From: Kudoa neothunni
Lineage: Eukaryota > Animalia > Cnidaria
Assembly (NCBI GenBank): GCA_964304625.1
Contig: OZ199839.1
Location: forward strand, 5,648,311 to 5,712,310
Reading direction: 5' to 3'
DNA length: 64,000 bases
In this document: one piece after another, positions 25,355 through 38,932 of the stretch
Layout of the letters: every line of letters starts with the position of its first letter
Numbering within the stretch: the first letter of the stretch is position 1
Program-made: the position numbers and the translations under genes
Notes under the pieces: model-generated
The model's database searches: none
What the model was told of the DNA's origin: nothing
What the model saw: the letters and a program-made list of their open reading frames with translations, nothing else

Positions 25355-27752
25355 TCCTTTATATATACAGTATTTCAAGACCTAAATGCAACTTGTCTAT
25401 ATCAAAATGCAACTTTTTTAAAATGAAACATATTTCTAATTTTCAATAATGTCCAAGTTTAAACAGTGCTGGGATGTAATTTCATCTGGCCCTTCCATAA
25501 TGGCAATAAATAGTTCTTCTTGGCTGGAAGGATTTTTATTGCGTACAATAGACTTTAACTGATGAAAAAATTCCTCAATTGGGTTCAAGAAAGCACTGTA
25601 GGGTGGTAGGATGAGGAGTCTGTGACCATTAATTTCAATCTTTCGCATAATTATGTCAGTTTTGTGGAACGCCACGTTGTCCATTATCAAGAGAGCATTG
25701 TCAACTTTGTTTATTTGAAGATCATGAAATATTTTATCGAGAAATAAAGAAAATATTTCCTGGTTTACCGAACCGTTCTCTAGGTGAAATGTCCATACCT
25801 TTTCTGATGATATGGCGGCAATTAGTGTAACATTTTTTGAACGGATAAATTTAACTTTAAGGTTTGCTCTAGCTCCTACGGGTGACCTGCCAAAAGACCT
25901 TCTCATGGATAGAGAAAACCCAGATTCGTCAATGTAAATGATAGTTGGATGATTAGGTCTACATTGAAGATATTCCATAACATAACTATAAAGTTTTAAT
26001 TTATTTTTTATTAAAATTAAGCTAATTTTTTTCTTTTTAATATAACATCAGGTGAATTTCTAGCGATTGGAACAAGTGATATTCTTTTTAAAGAATAGTG
26101 GAAATGATTTAGGCAGTTGCTAACTGTTTGCTTAGTAACTTGAATATTATGTATTTCTTTGAGTTTTTTGGCAATCATCATTTACTAAATTTATAATGAA
26201 TCCTTTGTGCACATCGGACAATTTCGATCGTCGATCACAGCCTTTTTTATTGACCGGGCAAACACTTTCCTGATGTCGTCTTAAAATTCGTCCAATCGTT
26301 GATTTGTGAACACCCATGGATTCAGCTATGTACTCATTTGTATATTTCTACAGAATTTTACAAGAAATCAAACGAAAACCAATTACTTTTGTTAAATTTA
26401 CAACCCTATTTCGCATGTCCATAGGTAATGTCACATATTTCCGTTTATTTGGGCTATTTTGATTATAATTTGATGAGGGTGTGTTTTGATCGGACATCTA
26501 TCTTAACACGTGTTCAAACCAGGTTTTGATACAAAAATGTTTTTTTAATTTAAAAAAATCCAATAAAAAATTAATTTCATATTAAAAGATTGGTTGCATT
26601 TTGATCTACACGAGTTGCGCTTTGATACAGACAAGTCGCATTTAGGTCTTGAAATACTGTATAAAGGAGGACTGTCGGTATGTTTGTGTGTGTCAGTGTG
26701 TGCCCCTAAGTACGCAAGTGCGGATAATTTTTTCCTTATAGAGAGTCATATATAAAATTTTTATAAATTTTTGATATTTAGAAAAGTCGTTTAATTGTTT
26801 TCGGACTACTAAAGTTTCCAAAAGGTATTTATGAAATAGTGATTTTGTCGATTTAAAGTTTGTTTATCGGATGACATGAGTTCAACTATAGGGTTAGCGC
26901 TTGCTTATGTCATGGTGGTGGCCGGTTGAAGTTAACTATCTCCCTTATATACTCTATCATATGTTAATTGAACGATGTCGTCTGTCTTTACGTATAAGAT
27001 TTGTGCGTTTATTTTGTTGTTTGCTCAAAAAATTCTTTATATCGGGAGTTTTAATGTAATTGACTTGATAAACACATTTTGAAGGCTCTATTAGTGGATT
27101 TAGATACGAAAAAATGTCAATATTTGCATTATTATTTAGTTGGTTATGCGTGTTATAATCAGATAGGTTGAAGCGCTATAACGCAAGTACCGTGTCCGTA
27201 GATTTCATTGAAACCGTCCGTTATGTTGAACTCTCAGTGATTCAATTCATTGCAGATGGTTACTTCATCTGATTATTTAAATTATTTGTTAGAAAAGGCG
27301 CATTAAAGTTTTTGCGAGCCAAAGGATATTAATTTTAGTAATATCATTTAATTTTCATACATTCTCTTCTATCTCTATTACTTTCTCCATTTTTTTATCT
27401 CTTAAAGAGTTAGTGGTACACACAGTTATCGAGCCAGGCCAGAATTCGACATTTAAAAATCCTCCGGCCAAAAAATAGCGTTTTAGATAACACTTTAACG
27501 GGATTTAAATAATTCGGGAATGAAAAAAATGCGATGCTGACCTTAACTTATTTAGCGTTGGTGCCGAGCCACGGAATTTGAAATGAACATAATTTAAACT
27601 TCATAATCCAAATTGTTAAAGTATATTGCTTACAAATTTTTGGTTATTTGCATCTATGGATTAATTTTAGACTTAAATATATTTTTCGAATATTGTTAAG
27701 AAACGTGTCTATGCGAAATCTTCCCCAAGCAACGCTGGGCAGTTCCCGTTAG
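25355..27752 (+). mobile_element. Helitron-like family A copy with a Tc1 element inserted near its 5' end
   Basis: 5' A|TCCTTTATATATA; 3' hairpin CCCAAGCAACGCTGGG then GTTAG|T; the empty-site sequence matches 33132 (TCTTTATATATAAAGAGGACTG). Confidence 0.75.
25368..26659 (-). mobile_element. Tc1/IS630-type (DD34E) transposon
   Basis: ~47-bp TIRs CAGTATTTCAAGACCTAAATGC..GCAACT with TA TSDs; ORF 25978-25436 has IYIDESGF, LIMDNVAFHK, PPYSAFLNPIEE (34 residues between D2 and E); N-terminal half disrupted. Confidence 0.93.
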
Positions 27753-29535
27753 TTTAATATAAATTGCTATAGTTTGGAGTATTTATATATATATATATAT
27801 ATACATATATTTGGAAGTTTGATAATTAATTTAAAAAAGTGCTTTAGGGATTTTTGTTGTGTGTTCTATATAAAGTTCTTACGTCTATGAGTGTGTGTTT
27901 GCAGCGACACGAGCACGCGATGATAAATTTATTTTAAATACAGCTTTTAATATGCATCTGAATATATGATATCATTCAAAAATCGTTAATTCACTTAAAA
28001 CTACTAATATTATAAATGTCGTTATCAGACAACGAATTTTCTGATTGTCTACTCAAACAAGAGATTAAAATGTACCTGCGAAATGTTGGTGTTTGTTTAC
28101 TTCAGAGTGATAGTAACTTAGAATGAATTTTTACTCACTATATAAAAAGAGATTCTGTTAATAATGATATAAAATATTCTAAAAATGTTATGTATGTCGT
28201 TGGAAATAATTTTAAGGCAGATAACGCCACTACCGCGATATTTACGAGAGTCGCAACATTTCTCTTAAAATTTGGATGAAATAAAAAATTTTCAAAATCT
28301 AATGACACATTTTAAATGCTAAAGATTATGATCATTTTAAATAAAACATAATTTGAGATTATAAATTGTTACCATCGAGAAATAATTTGGGATTCTATAC
28401 GCATTCTAAAAACGTTATAAGATGTGTGTAAAGTTTTAAAATAATTAAATTTGTGTTATTACTTTTTGAGTTAAAATTATACTTTATCAGAATGCTTGAA
28501 ATGTGAAAATTTCTTGTGAAACAACTTGCATAATTACTCAAATAATTGTCTATATTTGATTAAATCATTTTTAAAGTAAAATTTAACCTCTTACAAATCT
28601 AATTATTCTTTACTCCAAGACTTTACCGTTAATATTCAAATAAATATTAGATTTTCTCTAGGCTAAAAATAATTCAATCTGATATAAAATTTTCATAAAA
28701 ATATTTGGTAGCTCATGATAGGTATTTTCAAAATTCTTATTTATGATTTCTGTTGCACGTAATACTGCCTACTTACGTCACGTGATACTCGACTTCATTA
28801 GAAATTATTGATTTATTCTATTTAATGGATATTTTTACTAAGTTTCCCTTAATCTGAGAATAATTAAATAAACAAAGTATTCTCAGACAATCCAATATCA
28901 CTTTCGAATTTAAAAAGAAAAATTTGTTCAAGAGAAATAATTGACATTAAAACATTCCTGTAATTTTTCAAACCAATAACACTTTTTCGTTTTAGATTCA
29001 ATAACATTAAAATTGCGAATGTATCACTTTCCGCCAACATATTTTTAAAACCTGATTAACACTTTTCGTAAAACTATATTATGGCAGTAATAAGAAATAT
29101 TTTTATTTTTGGCGCATCCTATTTTGATTTTTTTTCTTATCGTGCGTAGACTAATCGTCAGTTAGATTTGTCGAAAGATTAAATTTTTTTTATTTATGGT
29201 CAGTAGTTTGTAAAATATAGTTAAAAATATCCATTCGATTTCTCTTAATACCTCTATTTTTATTTGAATGTAAAGTGCATGCATCTTTATGTTTTTCTAA
29301 ATCATTACAATTCAAAAATAATAAAAAACTTTAAAATTCATAAACTAAGATAGAAAATCATAATGAAAACTATAAGTCTAAATTATCCGTCACACGCTAT
29401 CAGGCATACCTGGGAATTCGCGCTAATGTATGTAATAAATCAAAATAAATTACATCAAATAACTAAAAAATAATTGATTAAATATATGATAATTTTTAAT
29501 AATAATATGGATTATCCATATTTTATGGAGTTGGA

Positions 29536-32521
29536 TTAGTCACGTTTCTTTTTCAACATAACCGCTCCAACTATTACTATCACTAAAGCACCAACAGCTG
29601 CCGCGATAATAATTCTAAATATAATTTATGTAAACCAACAAAGATTGTAATTTTTACATAAGCTTCATATTTCCACTAAAAATATATTGAGTTAAATTAG
29701 AATGTCATACTAACCATACCTTGAACTGCTTTTGGCACCTAAACAAAAAAAATAAAATTCATTAATTAACTATTAATATACCTTGTTGTATATCTGCAGT
29801 ACCGAAAACCGTTGAATCAGTCGCACTGTAAACCGTCAAGTAATAATTGTTTCCATCGGGTAAACCTCTTATTGTAAACTCTTTACAAGTTCCGAATGAA
29901 GAACATCCATCTACTTCCGGTCCCATACAAGACTTTATTATCGCCCTCGATTTAAGACTACTGTTTCGCAATTCCCATTTACATTTTGATCTGTCGTCCA
30001 TATTGGCTGGAAGTCCATTAGTTATAACGAAATTATCTCCATCACGTGTAATCGTGACTGTTATTACTTTAGAGGAGTCAGTGGGATTACCTTTCGGCGC
30101 GCCTAATGAAATGTACAATTTTTACGATGCATTCCTCACATATGTAAAATTAAAGAGAGTTAGTCATTTGTTACTTGGCTCCAAGAGATAAACTTTTTCC
30201 GAAGACTTTCCAATCGCTGTGACTAATAGTTTATATTCGTTTGTTGCATCATAACCAGTGAAAATGATGGATCTGCACAGAGGATTGGATGAACATGTGT
30301 TTGATGGTATGTTTGTGCTATTAGTAAGGCCAGATAACCGTATTGATTTTCCCCCTGAGAGATATTGTGTTGATGAAATATTATCACCTGTCTGTGTAGA
30401 TAGCACAGTTCTAGCAATATTTGCTTCTCTATAACCTGAACGTGTCATTGAAGGCTTAGGTTGGGGGGCTACTGGTGTTTTGGTAGTTGCAGGCACTGGG
30501 GTTGGAGTTACTTCTGGGCAAGTGTAAACATCTGTGTAATCATTTCCATTCTTCACTTTAACAGTATAACTGCATTTTGCATTGGGATCACCTGCAGACA
30601 ATTGAGCATTCGCAAACAAACCTTCCGGTTTGACCTTGTGAGATATGATCAATGTTGTGAAATCTAGTTAAAATTAACATAGAATAATAGTAAACAAATT
30701 ACCTGTTTTTATATTTTTATAATCTGTCATTTCATAGTCTTTATCTGCGATTACTCTGATATTATATGATGTGTTCGGTTCAAGATCTTCTATCGTTACT
30801 TGATCTCTACACAAACCTCTACATGGATTGCTGCTAGCACATTTGGCGGGATAGAAACTATCCTTTTCTACGGGACTCACCAAATATTCGCAAGTAGGCT
30901 CTGTTTTTCTATCACTTAAGGCATTTCCTCCAACAGCAGTAAGAGAGGCACTTTTATCATTTTTAGTTGGGAGAGTAGCTTGAAAATCGCTACCAGACTT
31001 TTTTTCTACATGGTTATAAGTTAAGTTCATCATATTAAAAACTTACTTGTTCTTATAAATATTTGCTCTTTAAAGTCATTTGGTGGAGTTATCCCGCTTT
31101 CTTGAATTTCAATAATATAGGCTTTTCCTGCTGCAAGTTCTTTTATAACCAAATTATCGCAAGCAGTCTTGCATTTTCCATCTGTAGTCGAACTCCCAGT
31201 TTCACATTTTGCTTCTGAAAGTGTAGCAAGCTTAGGCTTATCTGCTGGGTAATGTTTTAGAGTACACTTGGAAAATGCTGGAGTGTCAGTCGGTTTGAAG
31301 TGGGCCCCATTAAACGTAACACCTTTATTCGTGTAGACGGATAGTAAACCACCAGTTGGCTCTGTATTTGCTATATACAATAATAAAATCAAAATTTATC
31401 CGTCAAAATTACCAAATTTAGTCTGAATGTAACCATCTGTGTTGATACCGGTTGCTTCTATGTCGTGATGTCTTGTTTTGGATTAATATTTTATATATTC
31501 TTTTAGTATCAATACCTTCCAAAACCACATTTTTACATGCTGCATAACATCTCTTACTGGCATCGCCACAAATTGACTTGTACTGTGCAGACGAATCTGT
31601 ACTCTGGGCATCTTTGAGGCTGAAGAGACATATCTCAGAAGAGGGCGAATTTGTGAACTTGATCTCTACTTTGTTGCCTTCCTTGGTGGCAGCATAATAT
31701 TGTGGCTTGTAAATCTCAATATTTTTTTTCATGTACTCATTTGGCATATTGTAAAAGTAACTTGGATAATTTTGACACCTCGTTTCATAATGAGGTAACA
31801 ATAAGTCAAATTCAACTTCATTTTCCGAATTTGCTCCATCGCAAGTGCTTCCCTTTGTTCCTGCTTTGTATTGAATGTCCTTATAATAAATGGGACAATC
31901 CACGATGGGACATATTATGGTTGATAATTTTAGCGATTTAGCACCACTTGTGGACACAGTAACTTGAGGATTCACTAGCAAGGCTAAACTAATTTCACAT
32001 AACTTTTTATAGATATGTAAATTTACGTATCGGGTATCCAAACACTTTTCCTCCTTTTTTTTGCGCCTCTTCTATCACATTTGACACAGTAACACCCACA
32101 TATACGTATATGTATTTAGTTCTTGGAGAAAGTTTGTCATAGGTTAATTTAGTATCATTACTAATGCAATCAATAGCACATTTGCCATTGGCTTCAGTGG
32201 CCATATTAGGACAATTCTCAATATCTTTAATCTCAGCAGTTGTAATAGCAGTTTGTGTGATTTCAGCCTCGTTAGATCTCATTATGCGGCATTTCTTATC
32301 AGTACCATAACTTGTACCACTAAGATTGAGTTTTACTTTATTTTTCCCATCATTATCTTTAATAATTTGGTAATTTAGTCTGTCTGGAGTAGTTTGTTCG
32401 TCGGCAGCATTAACACGGCAGTTTTTTAAAACACAAACTAAATTTTATGTTCACTAAGAAATAAATGATATTATTTACGTATAAAGTAGAGAAAGAAACC
32501 AACTTTAGCTATATACATCAT
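29536..32521 (-). CDS. Type I membrane protein with ~6-7 Cys-containing FN3-like repeats
   Basis: Signal peptide MMYIAKVGFFLYFILCVLKNCRVNA|AD; large phase-1 exons with C-x(3-5)-C..L(E)PxTxYxI motifs (IEDLEPNTSYNIRV, IRGLPDGNNYYLTV, KLSPRTKYIYV); micro-exons 29738-29720 and 29675-29658; TM LIIIIAAAVGALVIVIVGAVML then KKKRD*. One base must be removed near 31476-31490. Confidence 0.8.
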
Positions 32522-33131
32522 AACGATAATTCAGCAATCAATAAATTGGATTATATTCTAACGAATAGTATTTATTATCGGAAACAATTGTTAATTCAAT
32601 TATACATAAATAAAGTTATTTTAAAAAATTAGATCGTATAAAACTTTTACAATATCGTTATAAATTAATTTCTCATGCAATCTCATAATTACTCTAAAGT
32701 ATGTTTTATATAAATATAGGACAGCGTAGTTTAACATATCTATGGTAGTAAATTTTAGAAATAAATGACTTTTTAATCGAGAAAAGTTTGTAGGGATTAA
32801 AGAAATAATTTCATTCTAACAATTAAAGATATCTAAAAATTACGTAATTTTTGTCGTTTATACCATATATTAAAATCCCTTGTAAATTTAGGCATGATTC
32901 AAATATTTTGCTGAAAAATTAAAAACTAGCGCATAATGGGGATACGATATTTTTAAATTTTTTAAAAGTCGTCGTTGCTTATTGAAAAAGAATAATAAAT
33001 AACGCTGAAATCGACTGCAAAGAGAGTTGTTTAATAGTTCTGTTTATAAATTCTTTTCTAAAGGTTAGTTTAATTCAAATGATAAATGGAAAAATTACAA
33101 AATGTAATAAACTTAAAAACACAATCTTTAA

Positions 33132-35130
33132 TCTTTATATATAAAGAGGACTGCCGGTATTTGTTTCTTTTTGTGTAACTGCCCCTAAGTACTCATGTAC
33201 AACCATTTATTCCCTTATAAAGACATTTATGGAATTTTTAATAGTTTAGAATATTGGGAAAATCTTATTTTTGTTGTTTTACTATTTGAAGGTACAAAAA
33301 TAGTTGTAAAAATGTTGACTTTTTCGGTTTTAAGTTTATTTAGTAGATTACACGATTGCAACAATAAAATTAAGGCTGTCTATTTTTCCGGGCGCACTTT
33401 TTGTCTTCAAATAATAATTCAATCGCTACAATTTTTTATAGAAATATCTTTTATAAATGCAGAATATAAATTTAATTTCATTTATCTTTTAGTTAACAAT
33501 TAGGCATTAAAATACATCGAGGATATTTTAAACTCGTTCATAAGTATCATTATAAATGACATTAAATTTTTTATAAATCTATACTATTTTCGTAATTAAT
33601 CTAATTTTATGTGTTACGGCACCCTAAACGAATAAAATATCCTCTAGCGTGCGGTTGTAACGTTGATAGTCGCTAGTGGAATCACTATGGAAGGAGAGTC
33701 TAATTAAACCCTACTAATTCATGATATCACATTCTGAACCTAAGGTCGGAAATGCAATTACAAACTTTGAAAAGGCTAAAGAATTAATGTAATAGTACCC
33801 AAAGTGGAACAACTTTTGTTACCGGACCCGAAACTCTAGAAAAATCTTAACTGCCCTACAAAAATTTGATAGAGACATGACTCTGATCTTGTTTTATTAT
33901 GAGGCCACTTTTTGTTGTGTTCATGGTGGTAAAAATGTAATTATCTATATAAACACTGTTGTAATTAATTTGAATTCCGATACAATCTAAAAGTGCTGGA
34001 AGAGAAAAATCAACAGCCATAAAAGTAGTTGCAATTTCTTCATTATCATTACACTGCGAAGTTCTTAAAAACATGAACATGTTAGTTATTAGAAAATTGG
34101 ATCTTACTCACGGCTGCAACAGAAATGAGCATTTCAGGGATTTTTTTACTAATAAATATAAAATTATATGAAGAAAGCAAAAATCTTATAAAAAATGTTC
34201 ATTTTTTCGATGGAAATTTAAGAGTACAAGTAGAAATCATGAACCAATCACAAAAAAAGGTTTCGTTGAAGCAAATCGATAATTATATCCAAACACTAAA
34301 AAAAGTGTTTTGTCTGATATTTCGGAGCTGTTTTAATTCAATAAAAAATTCTCACCCAAATACAACTATCGAAATATTGCACAATAACTCCAATGAAATG
34401 ACTGGAATATTTTTCCAAGACCTTTATATGAAAAACGTTATTAAAAAATTCCCCAGACTAGTAATTATGGATGCCACTTATAAATTAATCAATAATCGTA
34501 TTCCATCTTATACAATATAAAGCAAACCGGAAATCCGTGTGTGTGTCTGTACGCATTTTTCATTCTTTATAGAGGGACATATCGCTCCATTTGAGCACAC
34601 ATATGGTAAGATAAAAGTTTATTTTAACACAAAAAAATACGTAAAAAATTATAAAAGATTTTCATCCTGCAAAATGACTAAAAACATTTTCACGCGATAT
34701 GATTGGTTTGATTTGAGGATTTATGCAAACATAAATCATTTTGTTAAAGGTATAAAAAGTTAATTTTAGATGTACCATATTGTTTATTTTATTTTAAAAT
34801 ATTGAAACGTAATTTAATAATTGAATTAGTTCAAATATGGAAGATAATATTAGGTTATATAGCTAAGCATTAATATGAAATTTATTTGTTGATGGTTGAC
34901 AGGGAGAAAATCGATTTTTAGGAGCTCTAAAGAGGAAATTTTAAACGCTCAGTAGTGTTTATTCGTTTTTAAAATTATTAAATAAGGTTCATGTGTCCAA
35001 TTAGTTAAATAAATCATCCGTTAATTGGGTAATCTTTGTACTATTTATCTAAATACTCTGAATTTACTTCGAACTTCAAATGACGTTGGCTGGGCAAGGA
35101 AGCCCAAGCGAAGCGGGGCTTTTGCGCTAA
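33132..35130 (+). mobile_element. Helitron-like family A-related element carrying a MULE transposase fragment
   Basis: 5' A|TCTTTATATATAAAGAGGACTGCCGGTAT..GCCCCTAAGTAC; 3' hairpin GCCCAAGCGAAGCGGGGC then GCGCTAA|T; internal ORF 34125-34520 with GIFFQDLYMK..FPRLVIMDATYKLIN (MULE first catalytic Asp region). Confidence 0.7.
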
Positions 35131-36078
35131 TATTCAATAAATATTAATGTAAGAACCGCCTAATAATGTTTGTAGATCTTGTTTTCATTAAATGCGGTTT
35201 ATTTATGGCACAAAATATAGTCTAAAGAATTATATAGGTTAACATTTTAATTTTAGAAGTTTTATGTAGAATAACACACAATCAATCGAAATCGGACTTA
35301 AAATTTAATGCGACGGTCGTTAACGAAAGTGGTGTTCGTAAGATTATCAAGATTATCAACGAATTTATTTATGTTGTAACACATTATTCTTTATTCATAT
35401 CCATTAAAATTTTCAATATTTCTCTTAGGAAATTTTGAAAATTCAAATGATCAAATAAAAATTAGGGGGAAATTTTTATCCCAAAATTCATCGGAGGAAA
35501 CTACTTTTAAGCAATTTTTAATAATTTTTAGGTGACAATTTGACGAAACTTAGTTATTATTTTAATGAGTTAATTTATTCAATAACTTACACGAACTATT
35601 TATTGGAATTGGCTCGCCAACATTCCATCCACATTGGATTCAGCTTGACAGAATTTTGGTTTATAAATTTAAAAAATTAAGTAGCCTTATTCAACTTTTT
35701 AAAATAATCAAAAGAATAATTCTAATTTTTCACAATTAATTATAATCTTATGGGAAAATATAATATTCAGAAGGTACGCACTCCATAGCCACCTAAATTA
35801 ATCCGATTAACTTGTCTATAAATATCAGGGCTGCCTATAAATGAAGTATCCTTTGGGGTTATATGAAAGAAAAATTTTCATTCGTTCATTCCATTTTAAA
35901 TATTGTAAAAACAGGGTTTAAAATTTTTGAAACAATGTATCAAGATAAAAAATCGATGTAAACTAAACAAACGTAATCATAACTATTTAGGAAACTAACT
36001 TAATTATATATAAAATAGGATTGATAACAGTTTTCAAATCGAGGTTCTCTACCAGATATTATCCATTTATTAGACCAC

Positions 36079-38423
36079 TTATTCTTCAGGTTTGATTGAT
36101 TTGCCTAGTTTTGCAAAGATTGTTTGAATATCGTCCCTTATAGACATCTGAGAAAATCTCATGCATTCTTTTATGCATAATCGTTTCTTTAACTTTACAT
36201 TCCAACACAATAAAATTAGATGCATAGGCATTATATGAAAATCATACCAGGTTGTTGATATTTGAGAAGGCCCATTGAAGTAAATGATGTCGGGGTGCCC
36301 CTCTATTTTCTATAATAGTGTCGGGATTTTGGGTGTAACGAAAGGTGACATCCTTGATTTCGCCATAACTGAATGCAATGACATATCTCATTGTCTTTTT
36401 CTTAATAACTTCATAACGGAGTGGCTCGTCGAATGAATTCTCTGAGGGGTCAACGTGGATCCATCGTCTAAAATTTTTGGAATAGATTTCAGTCCATACA
36501 TGGTCATTGGTATCGTAAACATAACGTGTTTTTAGGCCGAGCGAGCGACAAATACACATAAAGGCAAGTGACCATTCACCGCATTTTCCCACTTTAGTTT
36601 CTAAATGGAAATATAGTTTAATATTGTTATAAATTTTTCTAATGGTTTCCTACGTAGAAGCGTCAAGGGGTTAGTGTAACGAGGAAATCTCTCCATCGTA
36701 AAGCATTTACGACAAGTGTAGATCTCGGTTGCAACGACGTTGTATATTTCATCTGGTGCCGATGAATTAACCGTTGAATGTGGTGTCATTTTTTCATGGC
36801 ACTGAGTACATTTTGGAATCTTAAACCACTCGAAAAAATCATCTAAAATTTGATAAAATTTAATAAAATTTATTTGGTAAACAGAAAAAACAAACCTTTG
36901 AACCAATGAAACAATGCAATAAGGAGACAATCTTTGTAGGAAAATCCAGAATAAAGTTCTTTATTCTTTAGAAGTTTCATTGCTTTTGATTTGATCTGCG
37001 CCAATGGAATGGTATTTTTGATAGTTATTTTTATTTCAGGCTTCTCGAAAACGCTAACCAAATTATAATGCAATTCGATATCATCGAAAAAATATGAATT
37101 TGAATCCTAGGGAAAATATCGATTCAAGCATCACGAATGTATATAGCTTACAATAGTTAAATCTTTTATAATGGGTTTAATTTTTGGTAGGTATTTTACG
37201 ATGGGGGAATTTAGTTGGGTGGAATTTTTGGCGTGATAGTAGTTGTTTATCGTTTCCAAACAATCGATATATGCTAACAGCATTGAAGGTGACTTATTAC
37301 TGGGATAGTAGAATGAGATTTCATTCTACGTATAAAATATATTGATTAGAAACTAGTTATTAGTTCGGTAAAGTTTTGAACATCCTATACTATCATTTAG
37401 CTATTAAGTGTAATAATTTAATTTATATGTAAGATGCAGAAATAAATCGAATTTTACTAACGTAAAAAAATATTTAAACACCAAAAGTTAATTATTAATA
37501 CTAAATATAATACAGTTGATATTTCACCTGGTTGTTTAATTTAATTTCTTTTCAAATAAAATAAATAACATGTAATTATAGATAATTTCCATCATAGAAA
37601 TTAAATTGGTAAATTTACAAATATAGTTAATAAGAAAAATTTAAACACCTTTTCCATCCCTATAGACAGCAAATGCTGAACACATCCAGGCGTAGTAGAA
37701 AAGTGCTTAGTGAACTCATCAGATTTCAAAGGAATAGAGCGATTGTTTGAGTTTTCGTTATTGTATTGTATTGATATCAAACTTTCCAGGGTTTTTTTAA
37801 TAACTCCTACTGATTGACTGTTTTTAGCATTGATCACATGTTGACAGGTTTCTATGACTTCCCTTTTAAAAATCGATAAAAACACACGGTTTCTATTCTA
37901 TAAAGACCAATAAATATGCGCAGTTATGTTTCAGTTACATATTTCATTGCCCTTTTGGAATGAAGATTAATTCTCTCTAAAATATTCCATGTTGTGTATT
38001 TTCCATCGATGGTGTACTCATCATTCACACACATCCCATTGGTAAATAAAAGTTTTCGTTCTTTTCCAATATCATAAATTGTGGAAACATGCTAATAATA
38101 TATTATTATACATTAATAATGAATAAAACATTTTGTAAAATAAATACTGGACAACTTTCGACTTCAACTTTGAGAAAAACTAATGCAGGGAATTTATTTG
38201 TTATTTTATCTATTAAATGAGAACATTCTTTTGTAACTGAATTTCCACTAAAACGCCAAAAATTAGCATCATCCATTATACACACTAAAAAAAGCTAATG
38301 TGAGGAGGATTACAAATTTGGAAAAAGTTGGATGACATAAAAATCCCACGGATTTTCTCTCATAATATCTCTAAACTCATTATCGTTTAACACATTTTTG
38401 GGGGTTGTATTGAAGCTGTTCAT
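36079..38423 (-). CDS. NGLY1: Peptide:N-glycanase paralog A: Trx-like + PUB-like + Zn/transglutaminase core; C-terminus truncated
   Basis: 9 exons: MNSFN..VIQLFPNF|GNSVTKEC..KFPALVFLKVEVESCP|HVSTIY..AMKY|NRNRV..RSIPL..PGCVQHLLSIGMEK|NEISFYYP..|DSNSY..LFHWFK|DDFFEW..CTQC..CRKC..RFPRYTNP|QTKVGKCGEW..DHVWTE..WIHVD..DVTFRY|LKKR..KPEE*. Cys-His-Asp triad and both CxxC Zn pairs present. Confidence 0.9.
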
Positions 38424-38932
38424 AGATGTTCGATTAGTCGACCTGCGATTTTGTATAATTTTGGTAGGACCCGCTTAAAATATTTATTTTTTGGTTCTAA
38501 TTAGGACGAATTAATACACAGTCAACAAAAAATTATCTTCATCTAAACAAGAAATTAATTTATTCAAAATTTTTTATTGTTATTCTCCATAACTTTAAGC
38601 TGTTTTTAACTATTCTATTTTAGTCTCTCATTATTTTATGTTTTTTCCAATAATTAATGATTGAACTCTCCTTAGTGATATTTGCTTAGTTTTGGCTCCC
38701 AGTTAAATATCTTGGATATATTTTCCTATTCATCTTTGCAGATTGGCAACGTATATTATCAACAAAAATCGAAATATTAGGTCTCGGTTTCACTTGCTAA
38801 ATGAAAACGTCTGTATAAATAAGGAATGGATTAAAAACTCACCAATCAATATATTTAATGCTGTTATTAACATTTATTTGATATCAAAATTAGAAAATTT
38901 AAAATTTGACTTTTAACGCATGCGCGCGAGTA

